From: a virus
Taxonomy: Duplodnaviria > Heunggongvirae > Uroviricota > Caudoviricetes
Reading direction: 5' to 3' (one strand)
Virus record (IMG/VR): IMGVR_UViG_3300021255_001602
Coordinates: 1 to 64,000 of that record
DNA length: 64,000 nucleotides
In this document: in pieces, positions 45,023-56,947 of the stretch
Layout of the letters: every line of letters begins with the position of its first letter
Numbering within the stretch: the stretch's first letter is position 1
Notes under the pieces: generated by a model
Told to the model about the DNA's origin: nothing
What the model saw: the letters and a program-made list of their open reading frames with translations, nothing else
Database searches by the model: none
Translations under genes and position numbers: made by a program

Positions 45023-46264
45023 ATGCGAAAATGTGATTTGACAAAGGTTCCTAAAATTCTGAAAAATGGTAAAGAAGCCTGTGATTGGAGAAAAACTATT
45101 GGATTAAGTATACCATTTGAGTATGATGGTTTAAAGGATAGTTTTAAAATTGTGGGCTTCGAATCAAGAGATAAAGTATATGTGATATATAGAAATAAAA
45201 AATATATGCTTTATGGGAAATATATAAAAAAAGGCAGAATTGCCAAAATATTTGGGCAAACAATAGAATGGAAATATGCTGAAGGTGATATAATTAAAGA
45301 TCATATTGGTTCACATGATAGAAATATATTAATAACCGCAAGAAAATACGTTGAAATAAATAATAATCCAAATAATAGAAATCATAAATATTATCAATAC
45401 AGATGTTTAATATGTGGATATGATTGCGCTATGGATGATTTCTGGGTTAATGAGGCAGATTTAAGAGACGGTAAAGGATGCGGTTGTTGTGCGGGGACTA
45501 AGGTTATTGTAGGTGTAAATGATATATCTACTACCATACCTTGGGCTGTTCCTTATATTGATGATATTAATTATGTTCATACACATACTAAGACCAGTAA
45601 TAAAAAAACTGATATGACATGTCCTATTTGTGGTTTTAAAAAGAAAATGTGTGTGAGCAATTTATATTTTCAATCTTTTGCATGTCCTAAGTGTTCTGAT
45701 GGGTTTAGTTATCCAGAAAAATTTTTTCTTAATATTTTAGAGCAAGTAGGGGTAAAATATAAGACTCAATTAAATAAATCTGATTTTGAATGGTGTGAAA
45801 AATATCGGTATGATTTTTATTTGCCAGAATACCATTGTATTGTAGAAACGAATGGCGCACAACATTATGAAGACGGATGGCATAAAATAGAACTGCAAAG
45901 AAAGATTGATAAACAAAAGAAAGAATTAGCTTTGCAAAATGGAATTAAACACTATATTGAGTTAGATTGTAGTCGTTCTGAAAAAGATTATATCATACAA
46001 TCTTTAATTAAATCTAATATACCATTTGATTATTCTAATGTTGATTTTAATAAAGCCGACTTAGCAGCACAAAAAAATGTGTTAATTGCAACTTGTAAAT
46101 TATATAAGAATAATCCTAATATGACTCTTGCTAATATTGCAGATGAATACCATGTTCATATTAGTACTGTGGTGCGATATTTACAGAAAGGGAGAGAATT
46201 AGGATTATGTGATTATCGAGAATCTTTAAAAGGTAATCATAAGAAACGAAACAAAGGAGCGTAA
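45023..46264 (+). CDS. free-standing homing-endonuclease-like protein (zinc ribbons plus PD-(D/E)XK-like core plus C-terminal NUMOD1-like HTH)
   Basis: CLICG/CPICG/CPKC zinc knuckles; YDFYLPEYHCIVETNGAQHY (D...E.T/K nuclease-like); C-terminal TLANIADEYHVHISTVVRYLQKGRELG HTH; located between MTP and TMP where HEGs often sit. Confidence 0.5.
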   Translation: MRKCDLTKVPKILKNGKEACDWRKTIGLSIPFEYDGLKDSFKIVGFESRDKVYVIYRNKKYMLYGKYIKKGRIAKIFGQTIEWKYAEGDIIKDHIGSHDRNILITARKYVEINNNPNNRNHKYYQYRCLICGYDCAMDDFWVNEADLRDGKGCGCCAGTKVIVGVNDISTTIPWAVPYIDDINYVHTHTKTSNKKTDMTCPICGFKKKMCVSNLYFQSFACPKCSDGFSYPEKFFLNILEQVGVKYKTQLNKSDFEWCEKYRYDFYLPEYHCIVETNGAQHYEDGWHKIELQRKIDKQKKELALQNGIKHYIELDCSRSEKDYIIQSLIKSNIPFDYSNVDFNKADLAAQKNVLIATCKLYKNNPNMTLANIADEYHVHISTVVRYLQKGRELGLCDYRESLKGNHKKRNKGA

Positions 46265-46268
46265 AAAT

Positions 46269-46694
46269 ATGGGAAAATATGATAGAACTTGTGTCGTATG
46301 TGGAAAACATTATGAATACTGCACAAATTGTGATAGATTTCTTAATTATCCTTCATATATGACAATGTATTGTAGTAAGGAGTGCGTAGATTTGTTTGAC
46401 GTACTTTCCTCTTTTGAAGCGGGACAAACCTCTAAAGAAGATGCCCGTAAGGTGCTTCAAGGAATGGATCAGGGTAAAATGAAAATGCTTAAAAACTCTA
46501 TGGCTGGCAGCTATAAAAAGATTATGGCTGAAGACCAGAAACCTGTAGAAGAGTCTGAATCCGAACCTGTTAAAGAAGAGGTTGAAAAACAGATTGCGGG
46601 CGACACAGTTAAGAAAGCGGTCTATGATTCCACTCGTGAATCTAGTAAAAACATTCCTCGCTCAATCGCTTATCGTAATGGTAAGAAGCATTAA
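46269..46694 (+). CDS. hypothetical zinc-binding protein (CVVCG...CTNC...C..C)
   Basis: 141 aa, RBS AAAGGAG. Confidence 0.45.
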   Translation: MGKYDRTCVVCGKHYEYCTNCDRFLNYPSYMTMYCSKECVDLFDVLSSFEAGQTSKEDARKVLQGMDQGKMKMLKNSMAGSYKKIMAEDQKPVEESESEPVKEEVEKQIAGDTVKKAVYDSTRESSKNIPRSIAYRNGKKH

Positions 46695-46794
46695 TTATTT
46701 TTGAATGAACAGTGATTATTATTTTGACTTTTGACAAACACTATCCTATTACTAGTTTTTTATTACATAATAGAGGATAGTTATATTGATAAAA

Positions 46795-46839
46795 GGGCAT
46801 AGCTTACGCTGTTCAGGCGAGGTTATGCCCTTTTTTTGT
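46795..46839 (+). terminator. intrinsic terminator (GGGCATA...TATGCCC hairpin plus TTTTTTTGT)
   Basis: 7-bp GC-rich outer stem enclosing a secondary stem, followed by 7 T. Confidence 0.6.
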
Positions 46840-46859
46840 ACGGCAAAAGGAGAACAACT

Positions 46860-47060
46860 ATGTTTTATAGAGAAAATAATTCATATAAGGTAACGAATGG
46901 ATTCTATATACGCCATAAGCAACACAGCGATTTACAGATCGGTATGCAAAATTTGGATGTGGATAGAGTTTATATCTATCTTTATAATCCAGAAACTGGT
47001 AGACATGAAGGTCAATGGGTTTGTCCCAAGGACTATTTAAATAAGAAGAGAGAGGAATAA
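46860..47060 (+). CDS. hypothetical small protein (start at ATG 46860 rather than TTG 46836 inside terminator T-run)
   Basis: RBS AAAAGGAGAACAACTATG. Confidence 0.35.
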   Translation: MFYRENNSYKVTNGFYIRHKQHSDLQIGMQNLDVDRVYIYLYNPETGRHEGQWVCPKDYLNKKREE

Positions 47061-47063
47061 ATT

Positions 47064-47312
47064 ATGTTTGGACATGATCTTATTACGCCTAATCTTCATC
47101 CACGACCTTATTATCCATCTGAAGTAGTACGGATAGTTAATTCGAAGCAATTTAAATTATATATAGCGAATGGGATTTATCCTATTGATGTGTATACAGG
47201 TATGGACAGGAAGACAGGCAAGACGATTTTAGTAATGATTTTCTTAAAAGAGGAAACTAAAGAAGCCTATGAGTTATGGTGCAAGTATGAACTTGAGGAG
47301 GATACGATATGA
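47064..47312 (+). CDS. hypothetical protein (82 aa)
   Basis: ORF track, ATGA overlap downstream. Confidence 0.4.
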   Translation: MFGHDLITPNLHPRPYYPSEVVRIVNSKQFKLYIANGIYPIDVYTGMDRKTGKTILVMIFLKEETKEAYELWCKYELEEDTI

Positions 47313-47779
47313 CTACTCTTCTATCTCTTGACACCAGTACTACATCTACGGGATGGGCTATTTTCAAAGATGGTGAATATCAAGAATCTGGTGTCATTGA
47401 TGATTTTAAAAAAGTAAAGAATGGCTATGAACGTCTTAAATTAATGACAAAAGAGTTATTAGATAGTATTGGACAATTAAAGCCCGATATTATTGTTATT
47501 GAAAAAGATGTTGTGTTTGGAAATATGAAAGTTATAGATATGCTCATGAAAATTATTGGAGCGGTCTATGGTTTTTGTTTATTTAATGGAATTACATATT
47601 ATGAATTTGCGCCCAGTGAATGGCGTAAGTATGTGAAGCTTCAGGCATTTGGTAGAAAACGAGATGAGTTTAAGAAAGCTTCAATTAAATATATTAAGGA
47701 TAATCTTAATATGGATGTAAATGATGACGAAGCAGATGCTATATGTATTGGGCTGGCATACTGCAAAAAGTTTGGATAA
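47309..47779 (+). CDS. RuvC-like Holliday junction resolvase
   Basis: LLSLDTSTTSTGWAIF (cf. RuvC ILGIDPGSRVTGYGV), catalytic acidic residues (VIEKD..., ...DDEADA) in RuvC-like spacing; 156 aa. Confidence 0.7.
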   Translation: MTTLLSLDTSTTSTGWAIFKDGEYQESGVIDDFKKVKNGYERLKLMTKELLDSIGQLKPDIIVIEKDVVFGNMKVIDMLMKIIGAVYGFCLFNGITYYEFAPSEWRKYVKLQAFGRKRDEFKKASIKYIKDNLNMDVNDDEADAICIGLAYCKKFG

Positions 47780-47801
47780 AGGAAGAAAAGGAGATTAAAT
47801 T

Positions 47802-48413
47802 ATGGCAAAGAATACAAATCAGAATCAGGAACCTAAGGTAAGACAGTATTTTACTGCTGATGATAATAACATGATTAAATATGTGACCGCTAAGGATTTT
47901 GTAAAGTCACTGAAGAACCGTTCATCTGATGACGCAAGACGTGTTTATCTTGAGGGTACACTTGCCATTAAAGAATATGAGCGATATGAAGTGGTATGCG
48001 CTATTTGTGACCAGATTATAGCGGCTAGTTATTTTACAGCAGATGGACAATTTAAGGTTGATTCCTGCAAGAAATATTTGTTGTATGTGAGTGCGTTGCT
48101 TAACACATATACAAATATCGTAATGGATAAAGAAGATTCATTGGGCGACTTTAACCTGTTGCAGAAATATGGACTGGTTGATGTGATTATTAGCTATATC
48201 CCTGAAGCGCAGGTAGCTATGTTTGATAGTGTGCTTAATATGAAAAGTAATGATATCATGACAAATTATTATGAGCCACATGCTTTTGTCAGGGAACAGG
48301 TAGTGAAATTTGCTCCGTTTATTCATGCTTGGGTTGACAACTTCTTAGGTGCTGCTGAGGGGGTGCTTGAGGAAGTTAATATGGATAAGGTGAAAGAGAT
48401 TGTGAAGAAGTAA
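47802..48413 (+). CDS. hypothetical protein (tail assembly chaperone candidate by position)
   Basis: 203 aa, RBS AAAGGAGA; upstream of TMP. Confidence 0.4.
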   Translation: MAKNTNQNQEPKVRQYFTADDNNMIKYVTAKDFVKSLKNRSSDDARRVYLEGTLAIKEYERYEVVCAICDQIIAASYFTADGQFKVDSCKKYLLYVSALLNTYTNIVMDKEDSLGDFNLLQKYGLVDVIISYIPEAQVAMFDSVLNMKSNDIMTNYYEPHAFVREQVVKFAPFIHAWVDNFLGAAEGVLEEVNMDKVKEIVKK

Positions 48414-48422
48414 AAGAAGAAA

Positions 48423-48445
48423 AGGACGCAAAGCCGTCCTTTTTT
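48423..48445 (+). terminator. intrinsic terminator (AGGACG-CAAAGC-CGTCCT plus TTTTTT)
   Basis: 6-bp stem, 6-nt loop, T6. Confidence 0.6.
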
Positions 48446-48468
48446 AGTATAAAAGGAGGGCTATTATT

Positions 48469-48888
48469 ATGGGAAAATTTGATCAAGCAATTAATGATTG
48501 GTGTACAAGATTTGAACAGGCTGTTGCTGAAGAGGCGACAAGAGTTTTAATGGAACAAGCGGCTATAGTAATGCAAGAAGATTATTATGATGAATATGAA
48601 CCAATTATATATGATAGAATAGAGAATTTTAAAGATAATTCTTATTCTCCTTATACGACTAGTAATGAAGGTGGAGTGCGATTTTCAGCTGGTGGTATGT
48701 CGGATTATCCTAAAATGGGGAAAGGATTTACAAAAGAGTCAATTTTTGAATCAAATATGAGTGGTGAGCACGGTGGAATGTATCAAGGGACATCACCTTA
48801 TGATTCTTTAAAAAGGTTTGCAGGTTCAATGGCAACATTATCCAGTGTAGCAGATGTTGCGGTGAAAAAAGCAGGAAAAATATTTTGA
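48469..48888 (+). CDS. hypothetical protein immediately upstream of TMP (chaperone candidate)
   Basis: 139 aa, RBS AAAAGGAGGG. Confidence 0.4.
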   Translation: MGKFDQAINDWCTRFEQAVAEEATRVLMEQAAIVMQEDYYDEYEPIIYDRIENFKDNSYSPYTTSNEGGVRFSAGGMSDYPKMGKGFTKESIFESNMSGEHGGMYQGTSPYDSLKRFAGSMATLSSVADVAVKKAGKIF

Positions 48889-48904
48889 ATAGGAGGAATA
48901 AGAT

Positions 48905-51900
48905 ATGGCTCAAGGTACATTTGAAGGTGGTACAGTTACAATAAGAGGGGATGCTTCCCAATTAAAGAACGAATTGTTAGAAGTTAGTGAACTGTTAACC
49001 ACGTTAGAAAAAAGTAAGGTAAAATTAAAACCCGAAATTGATGTAAAAGATATAAAAAATCAAATCAACAAATTAGGACAGTATATGGAGGGTAGATTTG
49101 GAGCACTTGATTTTAGTAAAGTATATTCTGGTTTAATGTCGAGTGCTCAAAAGGATGGTAATAGATTTGCTAGTCAATTAAGCAGTACTATACGCAGCTT
49201 GAATTTATTAGATCAAGCTGTTAAACCAGAAGATGTAAGTAAACTAGCAGCGGCTTCAGCTGATGAAATTTCTAATCTTGTTGATGGAATAAATGGATTA
49301 TCACCTAAAACCAAACCAACTAGTAATTTAATTACTAAGAGATTACAAGCCCTTTATGATAAATATCCTAATGGTATCGAAGGATTAGGTGGTTCTGGTA
49401 AAGGTGGCGGTTTTGGTGCGTCTGAAGAAGCATTAAATAGAATTGGAGACACTTTAGATCGAATAGACGCTAATGTCCAAGGTATTACTGAATCTATTCG
49501 TAATGGTACTGGTACGTTAAAGGTAGCATCTCAAGACGCAGAAAAATATGCTGGAAGCATGGAAAAAGCTGAGACAGCGGCTAATAAGATGCAGACAGCA
49601 GTTGATAAGATGAAGCAAAAACAACAAAGTGTCAAAAATGCTTTAGAAGGTGAAAAAGTTGAAGCAGATTGGGATTGGACTTTACAGTATCTTAATGGGA
49701 CAAAAACGCCTACCTCGAAAAAGATTTCTAAACCTAAAACTCAAGTATCTGAAGCCCAACCTGAAATAAAAGTTTCTGCTCCTGATGTAACGCCGATAAA
49801 AAATGTGGTTAAAGCAGAAGAAGAGTTACATAATGCTGTGGAAGGTGCTACTGATGCTTTAAGAGAGCAGAATGACGCATTGCAAAACAACAGTATTTCC
49901 GTTCCTTCAACGGATAAAAAAGGATTAAGTTTTACAAAGGCAGTTGAACAAATTGGGGCACCAAAAGAAATTGCCAAATATTTAAAAGACCCGAAAAGTA
50001 TTAAGACCATTTTAAAAGGATTAGATGATGATAGTCTTAAAGGATTAGATATAGATCAGATACTTACTAATTTTTCAAATGATGATGATGCAAAATTAAA
50101 TAAAGCGTTAAATGATAAAATGAGAAGAGCTGCAATGTATGTTCAACAGATTGCGGCGATGTTCCCTGATGATTGGGAGGATATGTTTTCTGGTTTTTCA
50201 ATTTTTTCGCAAGGAGTAATGGGCAACTGGGCAGATGACATTGCTGCATTTTTTGAACAAACCAATGATTTAGTGGATGAAGCAACTGGTGATATTGATG
50301 ATAGTCGAGTAGAAGGATTGAAAATTACTTATGATAAATTAGTCGAAATAATGCAAGAATGGGCTGATTTATATAATACTGTTCGTCCAATGCTTGACAA
50401 AGGTATGTCTAAACAAGATATCGACACACGCTTAGATTTAATGAAGGGGTTTACTGAAGAAGATGTAAAAAGCAGTGAGTTGGGTACTTCTGGAACTGTT
50501 GATTTATATTCTCAAAAAATTGAGCAAACTCAACAACGACTTGATCAAATGGCTGAATTAAAATCATTATTAGATCAAGAAGAAGCGGCAGGACGAGTGC
50601 TGTCTGATCGGGAACTTATCTTTTTAAATAATTATCAAGAGTATGTAAATAAAGGCAACGCTATAGTTCAAAACGCAACAACAAGAAAAACCGCTTTAGA
50701 AAATCCTGAAGCTGTGCGTGAAGTGGCTCGTCAAAAAGTAGAACAAAGACAGCAAGAAAGTCAAATTAATTTTGAACAAGAAACATTAGAGGCAGCTAAG
50801 GCACAAGAAGAATTAGCAAAATCAGTAAGAGAGGCTAATAATGCCTTAAAGGAACAGAATGATGTTGGTAAAGATAATATCATGTATCACATGGGCAACT
50901 TGTCTGCTTCGAAAACTAAAGAAATTAGTCACCCATTTGGAGATGAATTTAAAGCGTGGTTTGAAGGGATTTATGATTCTGGAAGAGGTTGGGGTGATGG
51001 AACTGGTTTATATATGACCAGAAATAGAGATGAATACGCTCCCGAAATCGACCAGAAATCTTTAGAGAATTTTTATGCTATTGATACTTCAGGATTAAAT
51101 CTTTATGAAGCACACACAGAAGAAGCCGCTCAAGATTTTTACAATTTTATTCATCATATTGAACAATTATGTTTGCAAATTGGTACAGGAACAGAGAAAT
51201 TTGATGATAATTTAAAAGATATTGATTCAGAAAGTTTGTATACAGACTTTCAACGGGTATTTCCTAATATTCAGTTGTCATTTGAGCAATTTGATGATTT
51301 TATTACTAATATGTCTACAATGCTTGCTGATTCTGGACTTGATGAGAATGGTATTGCTGATGCTCAAAAATTAAATGCTTTTAAACAGAAATTCGGCAGC
51401 GATGATATAAAAACACGATTCCTTAAAATGCTTGGATATCAAGGTACAGATTTAAGTGGCACATCTTATGGTGGACTGCAATCAGGAAATGTGGTATTTG
51501 ACCCATTGGATAAAAATCGTATTATTGCTCAAGGTAAAAATATTGAGCAAGTTGCCCAAGAAGCTGTACAAAAAACAAAACAAGCATCAGAAGAAGCAAA
51601 GAAAAACGCAGATGATGCTAAAAAGGCGGCTGAAGAAGGTAAGAAAGCTGTAGAGGAAACTAAAGATAACAAAGAAAAAGCTGATGCCGTAATTCCTACT
51701 TCTGAATCTGCCCCTGATCTACAATCTACTATAGACAATGCTAATCAAGCAAATACCGAAACTGAAAAGCAGGTAATGTATGTAGAGCGTTCTTTCGATA
51801 CACTTAATAATTATTTAAGACAATATACTCAGGAATTAGCACAAAAGAAGCAAGAACGAGATGCGTTATTACAACAAATTCAATCTCTTCAAGATGGTAC

Positions 51901-54900
51901 TTTTGATACTTCTCAAAGGATGCCGGGTGCTACTACAACTTTTGATAGTGCAATAGAAGACAGTGGGCAATCAAGAGAAGACTTTTTGAAAGGAAAATTA
52001 GAATACGATACTCAACAATTAGAAACTATTGAACAACAGATCATAAAGAAACAGGCTCAAGTATTGCGTGTTAATAAAGAACATGCTGAAGTCGAGGAAT
52101 TAGTAAAGCAAGGATATGATATACAAGAAAAACAAAAGCCAGTCAAAAAAAATAAAAAAGGTGTTATTATTACTCAAGTAAAAGATGAAATTAAAGCTGA
52201 AGAAGATGATATCAAAGAAGCAGAAAAGATAATTGAAGAAGAAAGACAAGAAGCTGAAAGATTAGCGGCAGAAAAAAGAGCTAAAGACGAAGTTTTGCAA
52301 CAAATGATAAACGATGCCGGAGGGTCAACCAAAGGTCATAGTAAAAACAGTGAATTTAATTTTGGTGCTAAACTTGAGGGTGGTGAAACTGCAAGACAAA
52401 AACAACAAAGAGGTGGAGCGACTATTAGGGGTGGTAATCTTCCGAACTATAGCACACCGGGAACAAGAGGTGGTAATGCTAATACCGGTGTTTCAGGTGG
52501 AGCGCAACAAGTTAAAGTAGTTTATCAAGTAGAAACTACTTTGGAAGACGTTAAAGATACTAATAAACAATTAAAAGCTTTAAAAAAGACAAACACTGAA
52601 TTAACAACTTCAGCTAATCAAGCAGCTGACGCAATCCAGAAGGAAGCTGAAGCACTTAGCAAGATGGCTGAGACATTAACCACTATTGGAGAAATTGGCA
52701 GTAAAGTTGCGACTGTTAATCAAGAAATTAAAGATGTTACTACTAAAACTGTTAATCAGACCTTAACTCCTGAGCAATCCCAAATACCGACTAAACCCTT
52801 AACTAGGCCATCAGTAAAACCTAAAGCTACAGCAGTTAAAACATCCGATGAAATAAAAAAAACAAAAGAACAAATTGAACAATTACAAAAAGCAAAAGAC
52901 GATGCTGAACAGAACTTAAAGAGTATTACATTAGACGATTCCACATTTGATGTTGGCGAAAAATATCAAAAACGCAATGCTTATTCTCAAGTTAAACAAT
53001 GGGCAGATGATTTAAAAAAAGCGCAAGAAGAAGTTAATAGCTTAGGTAAAGATGCTGATCCACAAAAGGCACAAGAAGTATTAGACAATTACGATAAAAT
53101 GCGGATTGGTTTTTCTAAGGCATTTAAAATAGCAGACAATCTTGATGTTGGTTCTTCTAAAAATTTTGCAAAGCCAATGGAAGAATTTAAAGAACTGTAT
53201 CAGAATTTAGGAGAACCGAGTAGCGATTTTAAACAAGTCGAAGAACGATTCGCTCAGGCGTCCACTCAAGCTGCGGAACGGGCAAAAGCACAATTTGAAC
53301 AACAAAAGCAACAAGCTGAAGTAATAATGGCTAGATTGCAAGCACGTTTGGAAGAATTGCAATCTAAAGAAAAAACTACTGCCCCTGCTCCAGAAAAGCC
53401 GAAGGTAACTACTGAGCCGAAACCTTCTAAACCAGTTGAAAATAAACCTGATTTAGGCGGTAATCAGACAGGTAATGGTGTTCAAACTGAAGGTGATAAA
53501 GCCGTTGATGCAGCTGCTAAAATGCAAGAATTGGCTGATGCTAAAAAACAAGTAACTGAAGCTAATCAAAATTTAGCTCAGAGTGCTCAAAATACAACAA
53601 GTGCTCTTAATGGTGAAGGTGGGGCTGGTGCTAATGCGAGTAAAGCTTTTCAAGATCAGATTGATGCTCAGAAAAAGGCATTAGAAGAACAGAAAAAAAT
53701 AATAGAAGATCAGCAAAAAGCCATTGATGATTTACAAAAGAAACAAGAAGAGGCTACAAATAAAAAGATTGAAAATTTACAGAAAGAAAATGATGCTTTT
53801 ACTGCTCAACAACAACAAGATTTACAAAGATACAAGGATGCTGAATTACAGACCCAAATGATGCTTGCTCTTCAAAAACAAGCGGCAGAACAAGAGGCTA
53901 AAGTTCGTGAAGAGCAAGAAGCTAAAGCCGCACAAAAAGCTAAAGAGCAAGCAGAAAAGGCTGCTCAAAAAGCGCAGACCAAAGCTGATGATAAAGAATT
54001 AGCACAAGCATACGGAAATTATGGTAAAGATTTTAATGCTGTTCTTAATGCGAAATCAATTCAGGAATTTGATACGGCTGTCGCTCATTTAACAGAAACA
54101 GAGCGTATTTTCTGGGATGCAAGATTAAAGAATATGGGTGATAATTATACCCCGAATTCTAATATGTATGCTCAAAACGATTTACCAGCGGATTATAAAA
54201 AATCTACCGAAGCACAAACTAAAGGTTTAAAACAGAGGCAAATGCAAATTGCCGCATTTACCGCTTCATTAATTGCTGAAGCAGAAAAACAGCAAGCAGC
54301 CTTTGAAAAAATGGATACGGCTTATAAAACTAATACACAAAATCCTGCAAAGGGACATCTTGATTTTATTACTAGCACAAAAGTAGATGATAAGCAAGCC
54401 CGGTCTTATATGTCCGCTGTAGACGGTGTTACAGAATCTTTACAGAAATTGCAGTCTGTTGCAGAGTCAATGAAAAATGGCACCTTTGATTTTGGTGATA
54501 CTAATGCTTTAAGAGAATTGCTTGAGTTGCGCCAAACTTTAGATTCTCAAATGAGTACGCTAAAAGTCGAAGATAAAGGTTATAAGACTGCTCAATCCGA
54601 ATTAGAGGCAAATGCGAACAAGACTGCTGAAGGTTTAAAAAAATCACTTTCTGGAGTCGCGGATCAAATTGAAGGTATTCAAAAAAAGAGCAAAAAATTA
54701 ATTAATCCCGATCAAGAATACCAAGGACAGTTACAAGCGTCAGAGCAATTACTACAAGTAATCAAAGAACTTATTGCGGATATTAATAATAATCCTCTTC
54801 AGTTTATGGATGAAGGTAATGTTAAAGGGTTTAGATTATTAGTTGATGCAATGAAGGAAGATGTTGGTGATTTTCAAGATAGATTTGATTCTCAACAAGG

Positions 54901-56314
54901 TATTCAAGGACGTATCAACACTTATTTTACTAGTTATAAAGGTGCCTATACAAGCTTCTTTAGAGAAATAAAAGATTCCTTTAAGTCTCAGGCATTAGGC
55001 GAATTGCAGAATGAAATTGATCGTACATTTCAGACATTTGAAGATAGTATCACAAATCTTAATCGTGCTACTGGATTAAATCAAGGTGATTTTCTTAATA
55101 AAAATCTTAACACCAATGGTGGCAAAGCTACTGCTGGTCAGATTGAACAGCAACAAAAAATCAGAAATGCTATTGCTGAAAGTTATCGTGGATTAATTAC
55201 AGATATTTCTGATGAACTTACTAAAGTTCAAGACAGAATGGGTAACGTTTTAGGCGAAGGATTTTTAAGTCAGGATTACTTTAAGAATTTTGGTGAAAAA
55301 TTCACTGCTGGATTGGGTGATGCAAGTGAGTTTAAAGAATTTCAAAATAATGCACAAGGTGCTGTTGATTCATTAAATGAATTGCAAAAAATTCAAGAAC
55401 GCATGGCTAATGGCAGTCTTGATTTGACTCAACTAGCACCTGATAAATTAAAAGATCAGATTCAAGAAATTGTTAAATTATTTGCTGATCTTAATAAAAA
55501 TTATGCTGAAGTAGTTGAAAAGTCTAAGCAGTTTACTTTTGCTGATGTGGGGGATATTGAAAGACAAAGGGCGGGTATTACTCAGTTTATGAAGAGTAAT
55601 CCGGGTATCAGTGCTGATGCTAAAGCACAATTACAAGGATACTTTGATCAATTACAACAAGGAATAAGTCAAGCAGATTTTACAAAATTATCAGATGGAT
55701 GGAAACAAGTTGCGGATGCTGAACAAGCCGCTGGTAGGACTGGTGCTACATTTATGTCTGAACTCCAGACTCGTTTCAAATCCTTAGGCGCTTATCTCCT
55801 GTCCTTTGTTTCATTCTACAGAGTAATCGGTGTTTTCAAAGATGGTATTAATATTATCCATGAACTTGATGACGCTTTGACGGAAATGCAAAAAGTTTCA
55901 GATGAAAGTCTGAGTAGTTTAAGAGAATATCAAAAGAGTACATTTGATACAGCAAATCAGATCGGTACGACTGCGGCTCAGTTACAGACAAGTACTGCTG
56001 ATTGGATGAGGCTTGGTGAAGATTTACAAACAGCATCTCAATCTGCACAAACCGCAAACGTACTGTTTAATGTTTCTGAATTCGATAATATTAATGACGC
56101 AACAACTGCATTAGTTGCTATGAGTGCTGCGTATGCTGATGCGGAAGAAGGTATCGATAAGATGGACATCGTAGATAGATTGAATCTTATTGGTAATAAT
56201 TATGCAATAGCAACTGATGAATTGGCAACTGCTCTTCAGGATGGTGCAGCTGCATTACAAACAGCAGGGAATGATCTTGATGAAGCTATTGCTTTGACAA
56301 CAGCAGGTGAGATT
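48905..56314 (+). CDS. tail tape measure protein, exon 1 (~2470 aa; long coiled coils, Pro/Thr/Lys-rich linkers, conserved TMP core begins at its end)
   Basis: giant K/E/Q-rich coiled-coil ORF; C-terminal ...AMSAAYADAEEGIDKMDIVDRLNLIGNNYAIATDELATALQDGAAALQTAGNDLDEAIALTTAGEI resembles TP901-family TMP core; reading frame then hits a stop inside intron-like sequence. Confidence 0.6.
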
Positions 56315-56947
56315 AAATTGCCTGAATGCGTGGCGACACGTATATAGAACACATCTAATTGCTGGAAATCCTATTAGGATAATTAGCAGCGAAGCCATAT
56401 TGACATATGTTAATTAAAACGTATAATATATATGGAACGTTCAACGACTATTCCCGTGTCGGGGTTAGGACTAGAGAATACATATCCTAATCAATAGAAG
56501 TACGGCTCAATCGCAAATGGAGTGGGTGAGAATCCCTTAAATGGAAATGGTGTGCTCTCTTTTATTAAAGAGATGAAGATATAGTCTGATCCTACGAGTA
56601 ATCGTAGAAACAATATGTATTAATTAAATAAGCATATTAACAGTTATATCTTGCGAATATAACTGAACGTAAATGAATTTAATCACACAAGACGCCTCTA
56701 AAACGGGTAAACATTTGCCCTTAGATAACTATATCGGTTAAAAGCTGGGGACAGTTAAGACCGAGGTAACTCATAATAAAATGAGGCACCGTAGAGACTG
56801 CGGGGTATTATAGGTAACTATAATGCTGAAGTTATCCGTTATTTTAATAACGTAATATACAGTCCGATCTCACGATATAATCTAATTAATGAAACGTGAG
56901 ACATAGCCGGAAATGACTATGCGCCATATTTATATGGTCAGTAAGCG
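56315..56947 (+). mobile_element. candidate group I intron (TMP intron 1, ORF-less, ~630 nt)
   Basis: R-like GTTCAACGACTATTCCCGTG ~56446, 49-nt block AGTACGGCTCAATCGCAAATGGAGTGGGTGAGAATCCCTTAAATGGAAA 56499-56547, S element AAGATATAGTCTG ~56576; in-frame rejoining at U 56314 / G 56947 gives ...TTAGEI|KAESNRMKGVRTIALRL. Confidence 0.55.

Noticed and set aside
46836-46859. TTG start at 46836 for the small ORF after the terminator
   Set aside because: It lies inside the terminator T-run. An ATG with a good RBS exists 24 nt downstream at 46860.
47802-48888. Programmed -1 frameshift between the two genes upstream of TMP, the usual G/GT chaperone pair
   Set aside because: The two ORFs are separated by an intrinsic terminator (48423-48445) and an independent RBS. 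No slippery heptamer with an overlapping frame was seen. They are treated as separate genes.
48905-56347. Possible CRISPR-like or tandem DNA repeats inside the TMP coiled-coil region
   Set aside because: Repetition is at the amino-acid heptad level (KAEE/QQK motifs) and is not direct nucleotide repeats with spacers. No CRISPR array architecture is found anywhere in the window.
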